Below are positions 18,912 through 28,000 of a DNA stretch of 64,000 nucleotides, piece by piece; within the stretch, counting starts at the first letter, position 1, and each line of letters begins with the position of its first letter. A model generated the notes under the pieces. It did no database searches. It had not been told where the DNA came from and saw only the letters and a list, made by a program, of their open reading frames with translations. Location: assembly GCA_019694855.1 (NCBI GenBank), contig JAIBBD010000001.1, positions 415 to 64,414 of the forward strand, in the 5' to 3' direction. This stretch comes from Dehalococcoidia bacterium. GTDB lineage: Bacteria > Chloroflexota > Dehalococcoidia > UBA2979. The position numbers and the translations under genes were made by a program.

Positions 18912-19242
18912 CGAATTCCTTTCGCTCGGCGACCGATGATGCCCCGACCGGCGGGCTTTCGGGCTGGTGGCGCGAAGCGGCCCATCACGGCCAACCGTCC
19001 GACTGTAGCATCGGTGGTAAAGGGGGAGCGAACGCGGATGCAGAGGAGGGGAGAGGGGTCCCGCTGGCCCTCCTCGGGTGTCCTGGAATCTCAGGCGGCT
19101 GAGCCGGCGGGCGGCGCGGTAGGCAATCAGGGCGGTGCGATGGCGGATGCCGGGCCCGCTGACATATCAGAGGAGCCGGGACTGGACCGTGGAGCCTCGC
19201 TCGCGTTGAGGTGACCGCGCAGGGGCGCAGGCAGGCGGGGTC

Positions 19243-19318
19243 TGGTGCCGAGGGCCAGAATCGAACTGGCGACACCGCGATTTTCAGTCGCGTGCTCTAC
19301 CGACTGAGCTACCTCGGC
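19243..19318 (-). tRNA. tRNA-Phe (anticodon GAA)
   Basis: Reverse complement GCCGAGGTAGCTCAGTCGGTAGAGCACGCGACTGAAAATCGCGGTGTCGCCAGTTCGATTCTGGCCCTCGGCACCA, 76 nt; CCA is encoded. Confidence 0.85.
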
Positions 19319-19375
19319 ACGTGCGGCGACGAGCAGGGTTGGATGATACGACGGGCTTGCGGAGGGGGCCAGTCG

Positions 19376-21202
19376 TTACCAGGAGCCGCCGCCGCCACCT
19401 CCGCCGCCGCCACCCGAGGAGCCTCCAGAACCGCTGCCTCCGGAGCCGCCGGGGGTCGACGCGAGCGTGCTCGAGGTGCTGCTCGAGAAGCCTGACATGG
19501 CGTTGCCCAGCATCATCGCGTTGAACGGACGCGACGAGGAGTACCAGTCCGGCGGCTCAAGTGCGAGGCCTTCGAAGGCCTCGGCCCATTTCTCGACGCA
19601 GCCGAACACGACGGCGAACGGCAGGTATTCGTAGAAGAGGTTCGCTTTCTCCGCGAACTCGGAGCGCCGCGTTTCGGCCGTCTCGATGTACTGGCGGAAG
19701 CCAAGGACGCGCCTGAGTTCACCCGTGCCCTTGGCGGTGCGGCGCGGCATGCGTCCGTGCTGGGACATGAGGACGAGCGAGCCGAGGACGAGCGGGATGG
19801 GCACGATGCCAAACGTGGTCCATTTGGCCGTGGCGACGAGGATGCCGATCGAGGCAGCGACCACGACCGCCGAGATCAGGAACCAGGAGCTCCGGGTCGA
19901 ATCCGGACGGCTGTTGAACCACCCTCGACCGACGGCATCGGTGTACAGCTGATCCTGGACCTTGGCGAGCTCGGTGTGGAACTGGCGCTTCAGCGATGAC
20001 AGGCGCACCTCCTCGCCGTCCGCGAACAGGCTGTTGAGGAGGGTGCGTTCGTACGGCAGGAGTCCTCGTTTGTCCGAGGCCGGGTCCGGCAGGCGGACGA
20101 ACTGCCAGTCCGATTTACCAAACCACCAGGTCTTGTCGATTTCCTCGATGCGCAAGTAGCCACGGGCGGCGAGGTCGACGATCGTCGCGGAAACATCAAG
20201 GGGGTGGGCGAGCTCGTCGATGAGGGTGCCGATCTGGCCGGGGCGAAGGTCATCCGGTGGAGTGAACTCGATGGCGTAGGCGCCGCCCTCGAAGAGCGGG
20301 ACTGTCTGTTGACGGGTGCCGCCGAAGACCACCTCGACGGGTGAGCCCTGCCAGCGGCGGTCGCGGCCGACGGACCACATCAGGCGCGCCAGCGCGGCGA
20401 GGACGACGGCGAGCAGCGCGCCGGCGAGGCCGATCCGTAGCGGGTCGATGGTGAACGCGCGCTGGAAGGTCCAGCGGCGATCGAGGATCGGTTTGGGGTC
20501 GGGCACGAGGCCCTTCGGGAAGCCGACGACGACGGTGAGGCCTTCGTAGGAGCCGAGGAAGCCGTTCGTGAACTGTGCTTGGGCCCCGTCCGTCGTCGCG
20601 TTGCCGCAGCGGAGGGAAGAACCTCGGGGGCCCTTGAAGCAGGCGACCTGCACGTCGCTGACGGCGATCGGTGACGGGAGGTGCACCGTTGCCGATGGGT
20701 TGAAGATCGTCGTGGACCATTCGGTACCAATGGCGTTCCAGTACAACTCGTCATGGTCGGTGAAGCCGTTGAGCCCGCCCTGGATGCGGTACTCAATGTG
20801 GTACGCATGCTGGCCGGTGACGGTCTTGTCGGCGTCGCCGATGCGGATGCGGGTCTTCCCGCCTTCGATGCCCTCGACTTCATGTTTCGCAGAGGCGCCG
20901 TCGGACGCCGTGACGGCGAGTACTTTCAGCGGGTAGTTGCGGTCGAACTCATCGTCATAGCGGAGCTTCGTCGGCACGTCGCGGTAGATGCCGTGACGAT
21001 CCTCGGAGCCGAAGTCGTAGGCGATGTCCTCGGCGATCGTGAGGTCACCGTTGCTCTCAATGCGGATATCGACGTGGTACGAGTCGATCTTCTCGACGCC
21101 GCCCTGGGCACGCGCGGGCGACGACGCGAGCGCCGAGGCGATGGCCACGAGGAGGAGCAGCGGCAGCAGCTGGAGCCAGGATCGCCGTCGGAGGAGGGAC
21201 AT
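19376..21202 (-). CDS. DUF2207 domain-containing membrane protein with C-terminal poly-Gly/Ser tail
   Basis: Begins MSLLRRRSWLQLLPLLLLVAIASA (signal); a large extracytoplasmic domain, TM helices and a terminal GGSGGSGSGGSSGGGGGGGGGGSW tail match the DUF2207 architecture. Confidence 0.6.
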   Translation of the reverse strand: MSLLRRRSWLQLLPLLLLVAIASALASSPARAQGGVEKIDSYHVDIRIESNGDLTIAEDIAYDFGSEDRHGIYRDVPTKLRYDDEFDRNYPLKVLAVTASDGASAKHEVEGIEGGKTRIRIGDADKTVTGQHAYHIEYRIQGGLNGFTDHDELYWNAIGTEWSTTIFNPSATVHLPSPIAVSDVQVACFKGPRGSSLRCGNATTDGAQAQFTNGFLGSYEGLTVVVGFPKGLVPDPKPILDRRWTFQRAFTIDPLRIGLAGALLAVVLAALARLMWSVGRDRRWQGSPVEVVFGGTRQQTVPLFEGGAYAIEFTPPDDLRPGQIGTLIDELAHPLDVSATIVDLAARGYLRIEEIDKTWWFGKSDWQFVRLPDPASDKRGLLPYERTLLNSLFADGEEVRLSSLKRQFHTELAKVQDQLYTDAVGRGWFNSRPDSTRSSWFLISAVVVAASIGILVATAKWTTFGIVPIPLVLGSLVLMSQHGRMPRRTAKGTGELRRVLGFRQYIETAETRRSEFAEKANLFYEYLPFAVVFGCVEKWAEAFEGLALEPPDWYSSSRPFNAMMLGNAMSGFSSSTSSTLASTPGGSGGSGSGGSSGGGGGGGGGGSW

Positions 21203-21271
21203 GGCTCGCCTTTCGACGCAGGACGCACGGGGCATGATGCCGCATCGAGGCGACGAACGCATCGCTGAGGT

Positions 21272-24067
21272 CTAGGTGCCGAGAAGGGCGCTGAGGTCAT
21301 GCTTGGCCTCGAGGATGTTCGCCCAGAGGTCGCCGACGCGGCGCAGGCGGTCGGGAGCGGTGAGGATCGTGAAGTCGGTGGGGTAGACGGCCTCGAGTTC
21401 ATCCCAGCGGAGGGGCATCGAGACGGGGGCGCCGGGCTTCGCGCGCGGCGAATAGGCGGCGGCCAGGTTCTTGAAGCGGGCGTTCTGGTTCACGTCGAGG
21501 AAGACCTTGCCCTCGCGCTTCGGGACGGCCCACTCCATCGTCACGGCCGAGGGGTGGGCACGGATGAGGAAGCTCGCGAACGTCTCCGCGATGGAGCGAA
21601 TCGTGGCGTAGTCGATGTTGCGGACGACCGGCACGTAGACGTGGAGACCGGTGGCACCGGAGGTCTTCACGAACGACGAGAGCGAGGCGGAGTCGAGCAG
21701 CTCTTTCAGCCAGCGGGCCACCTCGCAGATCTGTTGCCAGGCGGCGCGGTTCAGTTCGGGCTCGGCCCCGGCCCCCTCGTCGCCGCGATAGATATACGGA
21801 TCGAGGTCGAAGAGGACGAAGTCGGGGTAGTTGAGGACGGATCCTTCGATCTGATCGACCGAGCCCGTGAAGTCACGGGAGAGCCCTCGGGCGTCGGGCT
21901 CCGGGTTGACGCGGGCGAGCGAGGTGTGCAGGGCGAGGTCGGCGACCTGCCCGAGCCACAACAGTGTCGAAAGGTTGTTGCAGAGCAGGTACGTCTGGTC
22001 GCGGACGTTCGTTCCGGAGTACGCGCGAATGCGGTCGACGTACTCGGGTGCGTCCTCATAGTGCTTCTGGTAGAAGAACTGACCCTCGATGCCGTTGGGG
22101 TAGCGGGTGAGGGTGAGCGGGCGGTCGCGCAGCTGCGGGAGCAGCCAGGGGGCGGCGGTGGTGAGGTATACGAGCAGGTCGCGCTTGGTCAGCGGGCGCT
22201 GCCCGTCGTGCGGCGGCCACAGCACCTTGTCGAGGTTGGCGACGCGGAGCTGGTGACCTTCGACATCCAACGTGAGCTGCTTGCGGGCTCCTTCGAGCTG
22301 GGTGAGGACGCGCGCGACCTCGGCGTCCAGGAGCGATGCCGAGCCGGGCTCCACAGGCGTCTTCGGGACCGCGATCGCGGGCTCGGCGGGGAAGCGAATC
22401 TCGGCGGGATCCTTGTCGTCGCGGACGCGGAGGAAGACGGGGGCGCGGAGGCGCTTGTCGCGGGTCCAGTGGCTGAACTCGACCTCCACGACCAGCTCAG
22501 GGCGCACCCACGTGGCGGCGGGGTGGCCGTTCTTCGGGGGCGGCTCGGCGAACGGACAGTCGGCGGTGGTGAGATCGCGGACGAGAGCGTTCACGTCGGC
22601 GAGGGTGCGGTCGTCGAAGCCCGAGCCGACATGGGTGACGTAATGGAGCGCTCCGGCGTCATCGTACTGGCCGACGATGAGGGAGCCGAACGTACTCGCG
22701 CGGCCGCCCTGGCCGGCCGCGAAACCTCCCACCACGAACTCGTCGGTGTTGCGTGACTTGATCTTCAGCCAGTTGCGCGAACGCCGCCCCGACTCGTAAA
22801 CGCTGTCGCGCTTCTTCGCGACGAGGCCCTCGAGATCGTGGCTCGTCGCGATTTCGAAGGCGTCGACGCCGTCGACGTCGAAGTGGTCTACGAGGCGAAT
22901 CGATGGCATGGGGAGCAGGACGCGCTCGAGTGTCTCGCGTCGGTCCTCGAGGGGCACGGCGCGGAGGTCGATACCATCGAGATAGAGGAGGTCAAAGACA
23001 TAGTAGATGACGGGGATGCGCGCCTCGGCACGGGAGATCTCGCCGTCGCCGCTGAGGTGGATGCGCTCCTGGAGCAGCTGGAACGAAGGCACCCCGCGCT
23101 CATCGAGGGCGACGATCTCGCCGTCGAGGATTAGCTCTCGGGCGGGCTGCTGCTTCAGCCCCGAGACGACCGACGGGTACTGCCTTGTACTGTCGAGGCC
23201 GCGCCGCGAGCGCAGCTCTACGGCGCCGTCGTGGACGAAGGCGAGGGTGCGGACGCCGTCGAGCTTGGGCTCGAAGAGCCAGCGCGGGTCGCTGAAGGGC
23301 GTGGGGCGGGACTCCGACTGCATCGTCTCGGCGTCCCGCGGGAAGGGAGAGACGCGTGCGCCGGGAAGGTCCTCGGGGCGGACTGACGAGACGCCGTTGC
23401 GGCCGGCGGCGGGGGGAAGCAGGCCGCCCTTGATGTCATCGATGCTCAAGCCGGAGCGGACCGAGCGGTCCTCAGCGGTGAGGTCGCGGGTGGCGTCGGC
23501 AGTCGCGTCGCGGTGCTTGATGAGGAGCCATTGTTCCTTGCCGCTTTCGACTTTGTTCGTACGGACGAGTGTCCACGAGCCTTTCAGCTTCTTACCTCGG
23601 AAGGTGACGGAGAGCTTGCCTGCGGCGAGCCCAGCGCGCATACGGCGCTCAGCCTCGTCGCGGTTGTGGAAGACGAGGTCGGGCTCGTCGGGGGAGTAGG
23701 TGCCGTCGTCCCAGACGATGACCTGGCCGCCACCGTACTCGCCGCGGGGGATGACTCCCTCGAAGGTCGCATAGTCCAGCGGATGGTCTTCGACATGGAC
23801 GGCGAGGTGCTTGTCGGCGGGATTCAGTGAGGGGCCTTTCGGGACGGCCCAGGACGGCATGACGCCGTCCCACTCGAGACGGAGGTCGTAGTGGAGGCGG
23901 CGGGCGGCGTGCTTCTGTACCACGAACGTCAGCGCGCCTGCCGCGCGCGGGCGCGCGACGCCGGGAGGCTCGGGCGTCTTCTCGAAGTCGCGCTTGCGGT
24001 CGTACTCCTCTAGGGGCGGGGAGTCCGGCGAGGGTGGCGGCGCGACGCGGGGCCGCCGCGCGGGCAC
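21272..24067 (-). CDS. ligD: multifunctional NHEJ DNA ligase LigD (3'-phosphoesterase - ATP-dependent ligase - polymerase/primase domain order)
   Basis: N-terminal PE-domain block HAARRLHYDLRLE, central ligase KxDG motif (EPKLDGVR), C-terminal LigD-Pol domain (DFVLFDLDP); 931 aa. Confidence 0.85.
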   Translation of the reverse strand: MPARRPRVAPPPSPDSPPLEEYDRKRDFEKTPEPPGVARPRAAGALTFVVQKHAARRLHYDLRLEWDGVMPSWAVPKGPSLNPADKHLAVHVEDHPLDYATFEGVIPRGEYGGGQVIVWDDGTYSPDEPDLVFHNRDEAERRMRAGLAAGKLSVTFRGKKLKGSWTLVRTNKVESGKEQWLLIKHRDATADATRDLTAEDRSVRSGLSIDDIKGGLLPPAAGRNGVSSVRPEDLPGARVSPFPRDAETMQSESRPTPFSDPRWLFEPKLDGVRTLAFVHDGAVELRSRRGLDSTRQYPSVVSGLKQQPARELILDGEIVALDERGVPSFQLLQERIHLSGDGEISRAEARIPVIYYVFDLLYLDGIDLRAVPLEDRRETLERVLLPMPSIRLVDHFDVDGVDAFEIATSHDLEGLVAKKRDSVYESGRRSRNWLKIKSRNTDEFVVGGFAAGQGGRASTFGSLIVGQYDDAGALHYVTHVGSGFDDRTLADVNALVRDLTTADCPFAEPPPKNGHPAATWVRPELVVEVEFSHWTRDKRLRAPVFLRVRDDKDPAEIRFPAEPAIAVPKTPVEPGSASLLDAEVARVLTQLEGARKQLTLDVEGHQLRVANLDKVLWPPHDGQRPLTKRDLLVYLTTAAPWLLPQLRDRPLTLTRYPNGIEGQFFYQKHYEDAPEYVDRIRAYSGTNVRDQTYLLCNNLSTLLWLGQVADLALHTSLARVNPEPDARGLSRDFTGSVDQIEGSVLNYPDFVLFDLDPYIYRGDEGAGAEPELNRAAWQQICEVARWLKELLDSASLSSFVKTSGATGLHVYVPVVRNIDYATIRSIAETFASFLIRAHPSAVTMEWAVPKREGKVFLDVNQNARFKNLAAAYSPRAKPGAPVSMPLRWDELEAVYPTDFTILTAPDRLRRVGDLWANILEAKHDLSALLGT

Positions 24068-24097
24068 TAGCGCCCCCGAGGCGCGGCGACGCGCACG

Positions 24098-24952
24098 CTA
24101 ACTCGCCGCTCGACGGCGCCGGCTGGACGCGGTGGTCGTCGCCTCGGCGTCCTCGTCTCGCGCGGAGCCGGCCTGCGCTTCCTTCTGGCGGCGGGTCGCC
24201 TCGACGCTCGCCTTGAGGGCGGCCATGAGGTCGACGACCTTGGTGGGTGCGGGCGCTTCCGCCTCGACGACCTCCTGGCCCTCAAGCTTGGCATCGATGA
24301 CCTGCATCAACGCCTCCCGGTAGGTGTCCTGGTACTTCGCGGGGTCAAACTGCTCGGTCAGGAGGTCAATCAGCGCGGACGCCATCTGGAGCTCCTGGTC
24401 ACTCACACTTACCTCGGGAACCTCGGCGCCGCGCTCGACGCGGATCTCGTCGGGATAGAACAGGGTCTCGAGCATGAGGGTTCCGTCCATGGGGCGGAGC
24501 GCGCAGAGTTGCTCTTTGTTGCGGATGGCGATCTTGGCGACAGCGGTCAGGCCCTTCTCCTGCAGCGCGCGCATGAGGAGCGCGAAGGGCTTCAGCCCCG
24601 TGTCCTCGGGTTCGAGGTAGTAGCTCTTCTCGTAGAAGACGGGGTCGATTTCCTCGGCCTCGACGAACGCGGTCAGGTCGATGGTGTGCTTACTGGGGAG
24701 CGGAAGCTGGTCGAAATCCTCGTCGGTGAGGACGACATAATGATCCTTTTCGTACTCGTAGCCGCGCACGATCTCGTCGTTGGAGACTTCGGTCTCCTCT
24801 TCCGAGCAGATGCGAATGAAGCGGATACGGGCGTTGTCCTTCTCGTGGAGCATGCGGAAGGAGATGTCTTTGTCCTGGGTGGCGGTGAAGAGGCGAACGG
24901 GGATGCTGACGATGCCGAAGCTGATCGCACCTCGCCAAATGGAACGTGGCAT
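24098..24952 (-). CDS. ku: Ku protein (NHEJ DNA-end binding)
   Basis: Begins MPRSIWRGAISFGIVSIPVRLF, the canonical bacterial Ku N-terminus; a basic Lys/Arg-rich tail follows. The track ORF is extended 22 aa upstream. Confidence 0.85.
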   Translation of the reverse strand: MPRSIWRGAISFGIVSIPVRLFTATQDKDISFRMLHEKDNARIRFIRICSEEETEVSNDEIVRGYEYEKDHYVVLTDEDFDQLPLPSKHTIDLTAFVEAEEIDPVFYEKSYYLEPEDTGLKPFALLMRALQEKGLTAVAKIAIRNKEQLCALRPMDGTLMLETLFYPDEIRVERGAEVPEVSVSDQELQMASALIDLLTEQFDPAKYQDTYREALMQVIDAKLEGQEVVEAEAPAPTKVVDLMAALKASVEATRRQKEAQAGSARDEDAEATTTASSRRRRAAS

Positions 24953-25066
24953 GGGGCCGACTCCGTTGTTGGAGCCGATGCGCTCGCATCGGCCGGGGAC
25001 GCCGAATGGAGTACGCATTATAGGGGACGGATTACGACAAGCTGCACTGCCGAAATGGCGTGGGGG

Positions 25067-28000
25067 TTACGAGCGGCTCGCGACCAGGACCGGTTCGAGC
25101 TCAGGGATGCCGTCAACGTAGTCGACGGTGCGGCCGGCTACCGAAGGGATTCGCGGACCCGGGAATAGGACGCCGGTGAGATTGAGCGGGTCGACCGCCG
25201 CGATGCGTACGCGCTCGCCGGTCAGCGGGTCCTTGCGGACGCGCCGGAGGGCCTCGACGGCCTCGGGAAGGGCGTACTGTTCGCCAACAAAGCCGCTCAC
25301 GAAGCGGCCACCGCGGGCCGTGCCGCGGGCCTCGAAGCGGCGGAGGGCGCGCAGGACTTCGCGCCAAGGCACGATGAACGACTCCTGCGCGACGACATCG
25401 CGGAAGACGACGCCGTAGCGCTGAAGGAGGACGTTCGCGACCTCCTCGGCGAGGGACTCGAGGTCGTGAGTACCCGTCGAAGGCGCGGCCACCACCGCCC
25501 AGCGGCCGGGCGGTCCCCCGGCGGCGCGGAGGTAGCCCGCACCTCGACGGCCACGGCCTGAGCGGCGCCAGAGTCCGGACAGCTGACGCAGGCCCTGAAA
25601 GCCATCGGAAGCGACGAGACCCCGGGCGACCAGCTCGCGAAGGCCCTGCTCAACGTCGGTGGCGAGCCGGCGGGTGCCGGCCACCAGCTCGTCGAAGAAG
25701 AGCGCGCCGCGCGCCTCGAGGAGTTCGAGGAGTTCGGCCGCGGCTCCAGTCTCCGGCCGGGTGGCGTCCTCCTCGGAGCCGCGGACGGCCTCGAGGAGGA
25801 CGGGGAGGTCGGAGCGGAGGGCGAGGGTCATCGGGGTGACGCGCGAAGCGGCGACGGTGCCGCCGCCGGCGGCGCGGCGAGGAGTAAGGCGGGCCCAGGT
25901 GACCTCGCCGGCGAGGCAAAGCTCATCGAGCCAGGCGGGAGTGTAGTCGTCTACGCGGGCGGCGAGCAGCTCGCTCTCCCAGGCGCTCGCGGCGGCCTCG
26001 AAGCCCTCGAGGCGGGCGACGGCGTGACGGACGGCCGTGCGGCCCTTCATGCGGGAGCCGGGGGCCATGTGGTGCCAGCTCAGCAGGAAGCGCATGTAAT
26101 CGCGGGTGGTGACGGGATCGATCTCGCGTCGTAGCTGGTCGAGCGTGTAGCGGTGGATACGCGCGAGCAGTCGGCGGTCGCAGAATTCCTCATCCGGCAG
26201 GCCCGGCGTGAATCGCCCGCGGAGGACGTAACCGCCGGCCTCGAGCATCGCGAGGCCGCGGCCGACGTCGCCGAGGTCGAGGGCCACGCGCTCGGCGAGG
26301 GCGGCGGCGGTCACCGGGCCGAGCGCCTCGCAGTGGCCCCGGAGGAGCAGCATCCGTGCGTCCTCGCGCTCGGCGATCGGGATGCGGGCGGCGTCGGGGA
26401 TGTCGAGGAATGGGAGATCGGCGCCGGGATAGAGCAGGCGGATGGTCCCAATGTGCTCGGCAGGGAACCAGACCGCGTGCGGGGAGGCACCCCCACCCCC
26501 GCCCTCTCCATCAGCGGGGAGGGGGCCGGAATCCGGAACCACACGCTCGAAGAAGGCGGCGCGGCCGACGGCGGCCAGTTCCTCCAGGGCGGGGAGCCAG
26601 TCGGGGACGTCGGTCAGGCGAAGAGCGATGAAGCCGAGGAGGGCGTCGTGGACTTCCTCGGGGTCGCGGGGCGCGGGCCAGGCCTGGTCGCGCACCTGTT
26701 GAATGGCTTCGAGGTTGAGGGCGCCGAGTTCGCGCGCCTCGGTGGGGAGAGCGCGGCGAAGAGTGACTGCGCGTGTCCGGCGCTCTTCAAGGGGGGCGTC
26801 GTCAAGGTAGGTATACAGGCGGCCGTTCACGATCTCGTGGGCCATGGGCGAGGGCTCGGTGGTGTCACGGGCGTGGAGGCGGATCGAGCCCTCCTCGATC
26901 CGTTTGAGCACGTCGAGCAGGCCGTCGATGTCCATCGCCTCGCGCAGGCAGTCCTCGACGGTCTGGCGGATGAGCGGGTGGTCGGGGATCTCGAGGGGGC
27001 CGGTCACGTTCTCCTGGCACCCGACCTGCGCCGGGAAGACGGCGGCGAGCAGGTCGTCGGCGCGGAGGCGCTGAATGAACGGCGGGACGCGCTTGCCGCC
27101 TCGCTGGCGAGGGATGGCGAGGGCGCGCGTGGCATCCCAGCGCCAGCGCGTGGGGAAGAGCGGGGTGTAGAGGATCGACTGCTCGACGGCCTCCTTCGCG
27201 TTCCTCGGGCTCACGAATGAGAAGGCGTCTTCCAGGGGGAAGGAGTGCTGGGGGCCGAGGGAGAGCAGGATGGCGTCATCGCCGGCGGCCGCCTGCAGCT
27301 CGAAGTCGAAGGTGACACAGAAGCGCTTGCGGAGCGCCAGGCCATAGGCGCGGTTGATGCGCGCGCCGAACGGGGCGTGCACGACGAGCTGCATACCACC
27401 CGACTCATCGAAGAAGCGTTCGAAGACGATATCGCGGTCGGTCGGGACGAGGCCGAGGCCGTCGCGGGTGGCACGGACGTAGTCGACCAGTTGACGCGCA
27501 CCGTGTTCGTCGAGGCCGCAGTCTTCCTCCAGGCGCTGGCGGAGCAGCTCGGTGTCGCGGAGGCCGGTCTCGACGTCGGATCGGAGGCGCCCTACTTCCT
27601 CGGAGAGCTCGATGGTGCGGCCGGGGGCTTCTCCCAGCCAGAACGGGATCGTCGGCGGAGCGCCGTGGGCGTCCTCGACGCGGACCTGGCTCTGCTCAAT
27701 GCGCTTGATGCGCCAAGAGGTGCTGCCAAGCAGGAAGATGTCGCCCTTCATGCTCTCGATGGCAAAGTCCTCGTTCACGGTGCCAACGAAGGTCTCATCG
27801 GGCTCGGCGATGACTCGGTAGTCGCCGAGCTCCGGGATGGTGCCGCCGTTCTGGATGGCGACCATGCGCGCACCTCGTCGGGCTCGCAGGACGCCATTGA
27901 TGCGGTCGCGGTGGAGAAGGGGCGTGGTGCGACCGGCGCCTTCGCCGACGCCGGAGGCGAGCATCTCGACAATCTCGTCGTAGTCCTCGCGGCGGAGATC

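Noticed and set aside
21299-22756. 485-aa plus-strand ORF
   Set aside because: Antisense to ligD; Gly/Val/Glu-rich with no family resemblance.
26153-27220. 355-aa plus-strand ORF (and 27245-28369)
   Set aside because: Antisense to the continuous 1435-aa lhr reading frame.
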